Positions 29,185 to 38,212 of a stretch of DNA of 64,000 nucleotides are shown here, in pieces. Source of the DNA: an uncultured Bacilli bacterium (GTDB lineage Bacteria; Bacillota_I; Bacilli_A; RF39; UBA660). The DNA lies in assembly GCA_934096715.1 (NCBI GenBank), contig CAKOMQ010000003.1:5721-69720 (forward strand), given 5' to 3'. The position numbers were made by a program, and so were the translations under genes. Each line of letters opens with the position of its first letter. Position 1 is the stretch's first letter. The notes under the pieces were generated by a model. It worked only from the letters and a program-made list of their open reading frames with translations, was not told the DNA's origin and ran no database searches.

Positions 29185-31155
29185 CTACTTAACAAAGTCA
29201 TAAATTATATCGACTGTTTTTTCAATAGCATATTTATCTACATTAATTGCTAAGTCATAATTACTTACATCAGACCATTCTCTATTTGTATAATATTTAT
29301 AATGCTTTTGTCTTTCTTTATTAATCTTATTTATCTCTTTTAAAGCATCTTCTTCTTTAAGTCCATAAAAGTTTACTGCTCTTTTAATTTTGTTTTCATC
29401 ATCACTATAAAGGAATAAATTTACAGTATCTTCGTTATCTTTTAATATATAATCAGCACATCTACCTACTATTATACATGATTCACGAGTTGCTAAATTT
29501 TCAATTACCTTAGTTTCAGCAATAAATAATCTATCATCATTATTATTTTCAAAATTACCAGATTTTTTCTTTTCGTCTACATTACCTACATAATATTCAG
29601 ATAAACCAGATTCTTTTGCTGATAGTCTAATTAATTTTTTATCATAAAAAGATATACCTAATTTCTTTGCTAGTAGTTCCCCTACAAACCTTCCGCCTGA
29701 TCCATATTCTCTAGCAATAGTTATAACAATATGTTTACCCGTATAGGTATTTTCTTCATTTGGTTCTTCTTCATTAACAGAAGTTTCTTCCTTTATACCA
29801 AGTTTTTTATATTCACTTCTTAAGATAAAGATTGTAATTATAAAACATAAAATATCCGCAATAAAACCTGCATATAATACTCCATATATCCCTTTATCAA
29901 ATATAAATGCTAATAATAAAGAAATTGGAATAAATAGAATAATTTGTCTAATAAATGTAACTGCTGTTGATTTAACTACATTACCAAGTGACTGAATAAC
30001 TATACTTGTTGTCATTTCTAAAGCATTTAAACAAGTTACTAATAAGAAGCTATGACACATAAGAGTAGCAAAATCAATAAATAATTGATATGTTGCATCA
30101 CTTTTAGATATAAAAACACCTGCTATTTCTTTTGGGAATAAAATAAATATTAAATTAAATATAATACCAATAGTAAAATTACATATAAGTATTTTCTTAA
30201 TAGCATCTTTTACTCTTAACTCATTACCAGATCCATAGTTATATCCTATAATTGGTTGAGAACCAATTGATATACCTAAAACAGTCGAAATATATAAACT
30301 ATTTACTTTAGATATAACTCCATATACTGAAAGTGGAATATCAGCGCCAAACTTAGTAAATGCTCCTAACTTAGTTAACATATTATTCATAAATACAAAT
30401 AACACTAAAATAGTTGTTTGAGTTATAAATGAAGATAAACCTAATGATAATATTTTTAAAATATATTTATCTAATTTAAAATATTCTTTTTCTAATTTTA
30501 TTGACTTAAATCTTCCTAAGTAGAAAATTGCAATTACAAATGATACAAATTGACCTATAACGGTAGCAATAGCACCACCTTTAACACCCATATCAAAAGT
30601 AAAAATAAAGATTGGGTCTAAAATACAGTTGATAATAGCACCTACAACCAACATGATCATCGAATATTTTGGCGAACCATCAGCTCTTATGATACTTGAA
30701 AGTGCTGAATAAATTATCATAAATGGTGCTCCTAATATTATGATTCTTCCATAATCAATTGCATAACTATAAATGTTTTCTGTACAGCCAAATAAATAAA
30801 CTAGTTTTGGCAAAAATATATAGGCTAAAATACTAAATAAAATAGAGACTATTACTGTTAAAGTAATAGATTCACCTATGCTTTTAAGAGCTTCATCTTT
30901 TTTGTTTTCTCCTAGTTTTAAAGATACATTAGCAGCGGCACCATTTCCTATTAAACCTGCAATAGCATTAAATATAATTACTAATGGAAATATTACGTTA
31001 GTAGCACCATTACCTAACGTACCTACTCCTTTACCAATAAATATTTGGTCAACTATATTATAAATTGAGTTTATAAGCATACTTATAACACAAGGAATAG
31101 AAAACTCTAATAACAATTTATTAATTTTGTCCTTACCTAAATCTAATTCTTTCAT
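29185..31155 (-). CDS. MATE-family efflux transporter fused to a cytidylate-kinase-like (AAA-type) C-terminal domain
   Basis: 656 aa. About 450 aa form a 12-TM MATE-like region (PCVISMLINSIYNIVDQIFIGKGVG). A soluble domain HIVITIAREYGSGGRFVGELLAKKLGISFYDKKLI follows. Confidence 0.7.
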   Translation of the reverse strand: MKELDLGKDKINKLLLEFSIPCVISMLINSIYNIVDQIFIGKGVGTLGNGATNVIFPLVIIFNAIAGLIGNGAAANVSLKLGENKKDEALKSIGESITLTVIVSILFSILAYIFLPKLVYLFGCTENIYSYAIDYGRIIILGAPFMIIYSALSSIIRADGSPKYSMIMLVVGAIINCILDPIFIFTFDMGVKGGAIATVIGQFVSFVIAIFYLGRFKSIKLEKEYFKLDKYILKILSLGLSSFITQTTILVLFVFMNNMLTKLGAFTKFGADIPLSVYGVISKVNSLYISTVLGISIGSQPIIGYNYGSGNELRVKDAIKKILICNFTIGIIFNLIFILFPKEIAGVFISKSDATYQLFIDFATLMCHSFLLVTCLNALEMTTSIVIQSLGNVVKSTAVTFIRQIILFIPISLLLAFIFDKGIYGVLYAGFIADILCFIITIFILRSEYKKLGIKEETSVNEEEPNEENTYTGKHIVITIAREYGSGGRFVGELLAKKLGISFYDKKLIRLSAKESGLSEYYVGNVDEKKKSGNFENNNDDRLFIAETKVIENLATRESCIIVGRCADYILKDNEDTVNLFLYSDDENKIKRAVNFYGLKEEDALKEINKINKERQKHYKYYTNREWSDVSNYDLAINVDKYAIEKTVDIIYDFVK

Positions 31156-31233
31156 ATAATCCCTTCTTTCTATTTTTTGAGAACTTTTAGATTATATCAT
31201 AGAAAAAAATTTTATGTAAGCAAAAATTTTTAC

Positions 31234-31274
31234 ATATAATAAAACAAGAGTACGTTAAATAATTTTACTCTTGT
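31234..31274 (-). terminator. Intrinsic terminator after the ParE-like gene
   Basis: ACAAGAGTA-13 nt-TACTCTTGT hairpin followed by TTTTATTAT on the minus strand. Confidence 0.65.
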
Positions 31275-31346
31275 CTAACATTAAACTTAGCAATCATTTT
31301 AATCAATATATTTTGTTACTTTATCAAGATATATATAATAAACAAA

Positions 31347-31658
31347 CTATTTCAATAGATGTATAAAGTTCATTTTTTCATATGCCACTCTAGTAATAAT
31401 AATCAAATTGTTTTCTGTATTTACAATATAAAAAATAATAAAATTCTTTACTTTAGTGCATCTATAATGATTGCATAATTTTGAAATTGGTTTATACTCT
31501 GATGAACCACAAGGGAAAATCAAAATATTATCTATACCTTTAATAAAAGCCTTTGATAATTTATTAGCTGCTCTTTTATTATTTAAACAGTTTGCAACAT
31601 AGTAAATTATATTATCCATGTCTCTTTTAGCAATAGGTAAGATTTCCAATTTATACAT
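31347..31658 (-). CDS. Type II toxin, RelE/ParE family
   Basis: 103 aa; MYKLEILPIAKRDMDNIIYYV start, with a 1-nt gap from the upstream antitoxin. Confidence 0.7.
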   Translation of the reverse strand: MYKLEILPIAKRDMDNIIYYVANCLNNKRAANKLSKAFIKGIDNILIFPCGSSEYKPISKLCNHYRCTKVKNFIIFYIVNTENNLIIITRVAYEKMNFIHLLK

Positions 31659-31659
31659 A

Positions 31660-31941
31660 TTAATCCTTGTTAATAATACTATTCATACTACTTTTAACTT
31701 CTTCTAAAGTGTATCTTTTTGTTGTTTTTTTCATTTCTTCTTCTGCTTCTTTTAATTTTTCATATATTATTTTATCATAATTAGCAGTTTTAATTTCAAA
31801 AGGTAATTTTTGCTCTCTTAATACTGCCTTTATAAACATATTAACCGCAGTAGAAACGTTTAGGCCAACACTATTACAAAATTGTTCAAAGTTTTTCTTA
31901 TCATTCGCATTCACTCTAACATTCATTGTTAATGATTCCAT
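31660..31941 (-). CDS. Type II antitoxin, RelB/DinJ family
   Basis: MNVRVNANDKKNFEQFCNSVGLNVSTAVNMFIKAVLREQKLPFEI is a DinJ-like RHH fold. The ORF-track start at 31959 lies upstream of the predicted TSS, so ATG 31941 or 31926 is more likely. Confidence 0.75.
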   Translation of the reverse strand: MESLTMNVRVNANDKKNFEQFCNSVGLNVSTAVNMFIKAVLREQKLPFEIKTANYDKIIYEKLKEAEEEMKKTTKRYTLEEVKSSMNSIINKD

Positions 31942-31963
31942 AATACCACTCTTTTCCAAACTA

Positions 31964-32023
31964 ATTGTATATTCAAATTATCTTTTTGTCAATACATTGT
32001 ATTATATTTTTTACACAATGTAT
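31964..32023 (-). promoter_or_regulatory. Consensus promoter plus inverted-repeat operator of the relB/parE-like operon
   Basis: Minus strand: TTGACA (31992-31987), 17 nt, TACAAT (31969-31964). A 9-bp inverted repeat ATACATTGT/ACAATGTAT (32023-32015 and 32000-31992) abuts the -35. Confidence 0.6.
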
Positions 32024-32129
32024 CTCTTAATTAATAAAAAATCTTTTTTATTAATAATACAGTTTTGTGAAAAATAAAATGTATTGCATGAAATAACATA
32101 TTTAGAATAATTATCTTAAATGCTATTGT

Positions 32130-32182
32130 TAATTTTGTACTGTACGCTGTACAAAATCCTATTTTTTAGTAATTTTGTACTG
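32130..32182. repeat. 13-nt direct repeat TAATTTTGTACTG (x2) with an embedded 9-bp inverted repeat
   Basis: Direct copies lie at 32130-32142 and 32170-32182. ATTTTGTAC (32132-32140) pairs with GTACAAAAT (32149-32157). The element sits just downstream of the ftsW stop. Confidence 0.6.
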
Positions 32183-32189
32183 CAACGCA

Positions 32190-33293
32190 TTAATTATTAT
32201 TTTTCCCAACATTTAAAATTATCCCAATGGAAATCATACTTACAAGTAGAGAAGATCCACCATAAGATAAAAATGGTAAGGTTACCCCAGTAACAGGAAT
32301 TAAACCACTAACAACAGCTAAATTTAAAAGAGACTGAATAATTATTCCAATGATTAAACCAAAGGATAAAAACTTTCCAAATAAGTCTTTACAGGATAAA
32401 GATATTTTAATTGAATTATAAAAAATAATTATAAATAACGAACTTACTATAAGGATACCTAGAAATCCAAATTCTTCACTAATAATTGAGAATATAAAAT
32501 CAGTTTGAGGTTCTGGAAGATAAAAATATTTTTGTCTAGAATTCATGAACCCTTGACCTAAAAGTCCACCAGGTCCAATTGCATATAAACTTTGTAAAAT
32601 TTGATAACCACTACCTAAAGGATCACTCCAAGGATTTAAAAATGATACAATTCTTTTAAGTCTATATGGAGCGGCAATTATAAGGCCAACAATTCCAATA
32701 ATTCCAGCCATGCCTATTTTAACAAAGAATGATAACTTAACACCACTTATAAGTATCATAGTAATTAAAGTTAACACTAAAACCATGCCAGTACCAAAAT
32801 CCGGCTCTAACATAATAAGGCCAAAGGTGAAAAGAATTACTAATAAAATTGGAAGAACACCTTTTTTTATATCTTTAACATTTTTTATATTATTACTTAA
32901 ATATTTGCTAGTAAATATAATTAAACCTAATTTAGCAAACTCGCTAGGTTGAATTCCCAAAGAACCTATGCCAAACCAACTACGGCTACCATTTCTAACT
33001 GTACCTACTCCAGGTATTAAAACAAGGACTAATAATAATAAACATACAAATAAAATAATATTAGAATATTTTTTTAAGATATGATAATCTAAATTAGACA
33101 AAATATACATAATAATTATGCCAACAAAAAAGAATAGAGATTGCATTTTTACAAACTTAAATGGATCATTAAATTTATAATTAGCCCATATAGATGATGC
33201 TGAAAATATCATAATGAGTCCAAATATACTTATAAGTAAGACACATGTAAAAATTATTTTTCTATTCTTTGTATTCAAACTATTAACCCCCAT
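32190..33293 (-). CDS. ftsW: FtsW/RodA/SpoVE-family peptidoglycan glycosyltransferase
   Basis: 10-TM SEDS protein; motifs SRSWFGIGSLGIQPSEFAK and LPEPQTDFIFSIISEEFG. The likely start MGVNSLN lies downstream of the mraY stop. Confidence 0.8.
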   Translation of the reverse strand: MGVNSLNTKNRKIIFTCVLLISIFGLIMIFSASSIWANYKFNDPFKFVKMQSLFFFVGIIIMYILSNLDYHILKKYSNIILFVCLLLLVLVLIPGVGTVRNGSRSWFGIGSLGIQPSEFAKLGLIIFTSKYLSNNIKNVKDIKKGVLPILLVILFTFGLIMLEPDFGTGMVLVLTLITMILISGVKLSFFVKIGMAGIIGIVGLIIAAPYRLKRIVSFLNPWSDPLGSGYQILQSLYAIGPGGLLGQGFMNSRQKYFYLPEPQTDFIFSIISEEFGFLGILIVSSLFIIIFYNSIKISLSCKDLFGKFLSFGLIIGIIIQSLLNLAVVSGLIPVTGVTLPFLSYGGSSLLVSMISIGIILNVGKNNN

Positions 33294-33303
33294 TAAATAG
33301 TTA

Positions 33304-34296
33304 TTATAACCAAACTCCGTAAGTAATTGCGGCCATCGCAAGTAAGAGACCAGCAACGTAGAATAATTTAACTATATCAGTTTCTTCCCAACCTAGTTCT
33401 TCAAAATGATGATGAAGAGGTGCTTTTTTAAATACTTTTTTTCTAAATTTTCTAATTGCAATTATTTGAATAAAACTACTTAAAACTTCAATAACAAATA
33501 CGCCACCAATAATAGCAAGAGATAATTCATGTCTAGTAAGAATAGCAATAGTTGCTAATGCACCTCCTAAAGCAAGAGATCCCAAGTCACCCATAAATAC
33601 TTTTGCTGGATGAGAATTAAACATTAAGAACCCTAATAAAGCTCCTGTTAAGATAAAACAGAATATAGCTATTTCTTGATATCCTTCTAACCACCCGCAA
33701 TTCCAAGCAATTATACCATAAGCAAGGAATGCAATTGCTGAAAGACCACCACATAATCCATCTAAACCATCAGTAATATTAACCGCATTAGTTGTACCAA
33801 CAAGCAAGATAAGTATAAATATACCAAATGACCAACCAAGTGGAATTGTAAGTCCTAGGGCAGTAAAGTTAAGAGTACTAGAACCGCCACTTTTCATAAA
33901 TAAATAGAAGAATATAAGCGCTATAATCATTTGAATTAAAAATTTTGTTACTACACTTATACCTTTATTATTCTTTTTAACAACAATTAAATAATCATCA
34001 GCAAATCCTAAAAGTCCATATGCTAAGAAGACAAATATTAATATAAATAAATTATAACTTAATGATATACTTCCATTAACATATAGCAACGTCAAAGATA
34101 TTAATACAGGTAATATAAATATAATTCCTCCCATAGTTGGAGTTCCCTTCTTCTCCATATGTCTATGGTTAATGAATTCACTTATATATTGACCAAATTT
34201 TAATTTTCTTAAAAGTGGAATAAAAATTAATCCACAACCAATCGCAAGAACAAACCCTAACATCATTGCCATTGCGGCTTTAGCTAATATTAGCAT
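33304..34296 (-). CDS. mraY: Phospho-N-acetylmuramoyl-pentapeptide transferase
   Basis: Motifs KKGTPTMGGIIF, GFADDYL, NAVNITDGLDGL and APLHHHFE. Confidence 0.9.
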   Translation of the reverse strand: MLILAKAAMAMMLGFVLAIGCGLIFIPLLRKLKFGQYISEFINHRHMEKKGTPTMGGIIFILPVLISLTLLYVNGSISLSYNLFILIFVFLAYGLLGFADDYLIVVKKNNKGISVVTKFLIQMIIALIFFYLFMKSGGSSTLNFTALGLTIPLGWSFGIFILILLVGTTNAVNITDGLDGLCGGLSAIAFLAYGIIAWNCGWLEGYQEIAIFCFILTGALLGFLMFNSHPAKVFMGDLGSLALGGALATIAILTRHELSLAIIGGVFVIEVLSSFIQIIAIRKFRKKVFKKAPLHHHFEELGWEETDIVKLFYVAGLLLAMAAITYGVWL

Positions 34297-34387
34297 GTAA
34301 TCACCTACCATCTTTCTTTCCTTACAATTATATCAATAAAATAAGACTTTTTTTCTTTATGTAACTGTTTTTTTACATATATTTACA

Positions 34388-36289
34388 CTAATTTAATAAT
34401 AAATTTATTTCTGTATCTTCGCTTTGCATACTTCCAGCACCAAGTGATTGATAAACAACTTTAGTTCCATTACCAGTATAATTAATTTTAAATTCTTTTA
34501 ACTCATTTTTAGCTTCTTCAATAGTCATACCTACTACATCTGGAACTACATAATATTTTTTATCAGTCCACATGTATTCTTTTAGCATTCCATTTTTTCT
34601 TTCTTTTATATCTAGAACATCTATACTTGATAACATAATATTTCTAGCAATAGGAGCAGATACAGTTCCACCATATTGTGGAGCATTTTTAGCATTATCA
34701 ACAGCAGCATAAACAACTATTTCTGGTTTATCTGCTGGCATAAAACCTATAAACGATAAAATATAATTCCCTTCCATATAATGACCATCTTTTACTTTTT
34801 GAGCAGTTCCTGTTTTACCACCTACTCGATAATTTTCTATATAAGCATTCCTACCACTACCATTTGCTACAACACTCTCAAGAGCATATCTTACTTTAGC
34901 ACTCGTATCTTCACTTATTACTCTTCTTTTTAATTCTTTTTTATTTTCATAAACATTACTCTTAGTACTATTATCCTTTATTCCTTTTACAATATACGGT
35001 TTATATAATTTACCGCCATTTATACTTGCACTAACAGCAGTTATTTGTTGTATAGGTGTAACACTTATACCTTGACCAAATGAAGTTGTCGCTAACTCAA
35101 CATTACCCATTTTACTTGTCGGAAATAGAATACCATTACCTTCTCCATTTAAATCAATACCTGTTTTAGAACCAAATCCAAAATTTCTTATATATTTCAT
35201 TAATGTTTCTTTACCTAGTTTTTGTCCCATTACAACAAATCCTGGGTTACAAGAATTTTCAACAACTTGTAAGTATGTCTGTTCCCCATGACCGCCATGT
35301 TTCCAGCAATGAAGAGTAGAACCATCAACAGTAATACTACCTGAATCAAAATATTTATCTTTGAATATATCTATTGTTTTTTCTTGAATAGAAGAAGCCA
35401 AGGTTATTATTTTAAATGTTGATCCTGGTTCATAAGTCATCCATATTGGTAAATTTCTATTAATAACTTCTTCCGAGTACTTCTGATAGTTTTCAGGATC
35501 AAAAGATGGTTTACTACCAATCGCAAGTATTTCTCCAGTATTAGGATTCATTGCAATAGCTAAACTTGAATCACTATCATACTTTTTACTAGCCATTTCT
35601 AACTCATTATCAAGTGCCAACATAATATCTATATCTATTGTAAGTTCCAGTGTCATTCCATTTGTAGGAGAAACATAACTATCTGGTACTTCTAATTTAT
35701 TACCTTTACCGTCACTATAATATTTTAAAACGCCATTTGTACCTGTTAAATATTTATCATAAGTTAATTCAAGTCCACTTAATCCTTGATTATCACTACC
35801 AACAAAGCCAATTATATGTGCCAGTGCTTCTTTATAAGGATAATATCTTTTAGAATCTACTACTAAATATACTCCATCTAGTTTTAAATCATTTATCTTA
35901 TCTGCAGTATCACTATCTATATCTTTACCATTCTTTACTATTTCCATACTACTTCTTTTATTTACATATTTATAAACATCATCATAAGAACAACCAAGTA
36001 TATCACTTATTTTTTTACTAGTAGATTCCTTATCCTTTATTTGGTTAGGAATAACATATATAGTAGTTGTAGTTATACTTGTTGCCAATACTACTCCATT
36101 TCGATCAACTATATCACCACGATTAGCATTTATAACAAGTTCTCTACTCCATAGCTGTTCTGTTAAATTATTTAATTTATTATAACTAAAAAATTGTATA
36201 TAAAATATTTTTAGTATCACTATTAAAAATAGAATGATAACCCCTAATACTATAAATCTTATTCTAGTATGTATTTCATTATAAAACAT
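34388..36289 (-). CDS. Class B penicillin-binding protein (PBP2B/SpoVD-like) with one PASTA domain
   Basis: N-terminal TM, dimerisation domain, transpeptidase motifs STFK, SCN (ENSCNPG) and KTGTA, and a C-terminal PASTA (VPDVVGMTIEEAKNEL). Confidence 0.85.
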   Translation of the reverse strand: MFYNEIHTRIRFIVLGVIILFLIVILKIFYIQFFSYNKLNNLTEQLWSRELVINANRGDIVDRNGVVLATSITTTTIYVIPNQIKDKESTSKKISDILGCSYDDVYKYVNKRSSMEIVKNGKDIDSDTADKINDLKLDGVYLVVDSKRYYPYKEALAHIIGFVGSDNQGLSGLELTYDKYLTGTNGVLKYYSDGKGNKLEVPDSYVSPTNGMTLELTIDIDIMLALDNELEMASKKYDSDSSLAIAMNPNTGEILAIGSKPSFDPENYQKYSEEVINRNLPIWMTYEPGSTFKIITLASSIQEKTIDIFKDKYFDSGSITVDGSTLHCWKHGGHGEQTYLQVVENSCNPGFVVMGQKLGKETLMKYIRNFGFGSKTGIDLNGEGNGILFPTSKMGNVELATTSFGQGISVTPIQQITAVSASINGGKLYKPYIVKGIKDNSTKSNVYENKKELKRRVISEDTSAKVRYALESVVANGSGRNAYIENYRVGGKTGTAQKVKDGHYMEGNYILSFIGFMPADKPEIVVYAAVDNAKNAPQYGGTVSAPIARNIMLSSIDVLDIKERKNGMLKEYMWTDKKYYVVPDVVGMTIEEAKNELKEFKINYTGNGTKVVYQSLGAGSMQSEDTEINLLLN

Positions 36290-36389
36290 ACATATTCACC
36301 TATAGAATTATATTATGAAAAGTTGTGCTTTATGAAAAAGAATCCAAGGTTATTAGATTCCTAAATATATAATTACAGCAAATAATATA

Positions 36390-37157
36390 TTAATCTGATA
36401 TATTTTCTAATATGGCAATAATTTCGTTTATAGATTTTAAAGCATCATCAAAACTTACATGTTTTGTGTATTCCAACTTTTCTTGGTAATCAATATAAAC
36501 TTTTCTTAAAGTATCACTGCTATCTATTATTTCTATTATTTCTTTAAATTCAGGTATATCAAAAACAGTATTTCTTTTTAAAAAAGTATTTTTAATAGCG
36601 TTATATAAATTAGTTTCGTTTATATTATCTCTAAAATTATACGTTATCATATAGATGTCATAAAAATCTTTTGCACGCGTATTAACAATATTTCTACTTA
36701 TGATACTATTAAACTTTTCTGCTAAAATAGTTTCTAAATTATAAGCAAGAATATTTATTTTTTTATCTTCAAATATTGAATTATATTTATATTTAATTTC
36801 TTTAGGAGTAATTATATCTCCTGTTGTAATCTCAATAAAGAAATTAGTTCTTATTTTATCAAATACACCTTTTACATTAATACGAAATCCCCCATATTCA
36901 TCATCAGATCTAATATCTTTAATACTTTCGATTTCAAATGTTACATTGTCATTAATATCTATATTTAAAATATTATTAAACATGTTTCTAATAGTTTCTT
37001 CATTTAAAGGTAAACTTTTTAAAGTAGCATCCAAATCTTTGGTTGTTCTTAAATCTTCACCAATTATTGATGATAATAAAACTCCGCCCTTTAGAATTAT
37101 ATTGTTTCTATAATCACTTTTTTCTAAACGCATCAATACATGTTCAAAGAAAAACAT
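36390..37157 (-). CDS. abiEii: AbiEii/AbiGii-family nucleotidyltransferase toxin (type IV TA)
   Basis: Motifs ILKGGVLLSSIIGEDLRTTKDLDATL. Family-like sequence continues 26 sense codons upstream of the ATG, up to the abiEi stop. Confidence 0.7.
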   Translation of the reverse strand: MFFFEHVLMRLEKSDYRNNIILKGGVLLSSIIGEDLRTTKDLDATLKSLPLNEETIRNMFNNILNIDINDNVTFEIESIKDIRSDDEYGGFRINVKGVFDKIRTNFFIEITTGDIITPKEIKYKYNSIFEDKKINILAYNLETILAEKFNSIISRNIVNTRAKDFYDIYMITYNFRDNINETNLYNAIKNTFLKRNTVFDIPEFKEIIEIIDSSDTLRKVYIDYQEKLEYTKHVSFDDALKSINEIIAILENISD

Positions 37158-37235
37158 TTGATGAAAATGATGTGAAAGATTACTATTACCATTTGTTTTT
37201 TTCTTAATTACACTATTTAATTTATCAGAATTAAA

Positions 37236-37838
37236 TTATAATAACACCTCCATTAATTCTACGACTTCATTCTCAATCCCCATTATTTTTGCATATTTAA
37301 TCAATTTTAAAATATTCTTGTTTTTGTTTTCAGCATATCCTTTTAATGCTTTGGAATAAATCTCTTTATCCATACGATTTTTATCTTTTATAATATCACA
37401 AATTGTTCTTTCTAAATCATAACATTTAACTTCTAATTCATTAATAGTTTTAATAATATCTAATCCTAATTCAAAAATATCATTTTTAACATATCTTAAA
37501 GATACATTCTTATTATCTAGTAAACTCCCGCTATAATTATATGGTACAGTAATATCATATACAAGTGGAATTCTATCAGTAAGATTGTGTAGATATAGCG
37601 CTGTAGCGTGCGAATAACACATTGATTTACTACATTTTGATAAAATATAAAAATTATCTACAGGATATTCAGGCAATTTATAAACTCCATACCCAACCTT
37701 TTCTAACTTGTTTTCGTTTATTAAATTACTTAAAAAAAATCTTTTAAATCCTAATTCATCTATTTCTTTTGTTGTAATATACCCATTTTTTTCTCTGACA
37801 CAATTTAAAATCTTATCATAATTATTCATATCCATCAT
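37236..37838 (-). CDS. abiEi: AbiEi-family antitoxin/transcriptional regulator
   Basis: N-terminal wHTH-like ILNCVREKNGYITTKEIDELG...LEKVGYGVYKL, located upstream of abiEii. Confidence 0.7.
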   Translation of the reverse strand: MMDMNNYDKILNCVREKNGYITTKEIDELGFKRFFLSNLINENKLEKVGYGVYKLPEYPVDNFYILSKCSKSMCYSHATALYLHNLTDRIPLVYDITVPYNYSGSLLDNKNVSLRYVKNDIFELGLDIIKTINELEVKCYDLERTICDIIKDKNRMDKEIYSKALKGYAENKNKNILKLIKYAKIMGIENEVVELMEVLL

Positions 37839-37845
37839 TTCCTAT

Positions 37846-37884
37846 TTCTAGGAAAATTATATTATTTTTCCTAGAAAATGTCAA
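37846..37884 (-). promoter_or_regulatory. Consensus promoter of the abiE operon with an 11-bp inverted repeat bracketing the -10
   Basis: Minus strand: TTGACA (37884-37879), 17 nt, TATAAT (37861-37856). The inverted repeat TTCTAGGAAAA/TTTTCCTAGAA lies at 37846-37856 and 37866-37876. Confidence 0.7.
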
Positions 37885-37897
37885 TAACAGTTATTAC

Positions 37898-37929
37898 AAT
37901 TTTTCAAACGCGTTAATTTTTCAAACGCG
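37898..37929. repeat. Tandem direct repeat AATTTTTCAAACGCG x2 (period 17)
   Basis: Identical 15-mers at 37898-37912 and 37915-37929, just upstream of the abiE promoter. Confidence 0.8.
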
Positions 37930-38017
37930 ATTAAGCTTAATTAAATTTAATCGTAGAAGAAAATATATATAAGAAAAAAAGATAAGCACGTTAACTTATC
38001 TACATATTTATATTATC

Positions 38018-38212
38018 TTATCTAGAATAACTACTAAAATTATCTAAATCAATTCCATAAGCAAGTGCAACTTCAATAACATCATCATCACTACCATTGC
38101 TTGCTCTTTCTAAATCAAACATAACCCCAGGATTTATAACAATCATGAGAGTACCTAAATAGTCAATTAAATATCTTCTTAAACTTTCAATATCAATATA
38201 ATCTGAATACAT
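38018..38212 (-). CDS. Small acidic hypothetical protein (ends ...DNFSSYSR)
   Basis: 64-aa ORF whose start overlaps the stop of the CHAP gene. A strong terminator (AGATAAG-8 nt-CTTATCT, then T7) follows downstream. Confidence 0.45.
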   Translation of the reverse strand: MYSDYIDIESLRRYLIDYLGTLMIVINPGVMFDLERASNGSDDDVIEVALAYGIDLDNFSSYSR

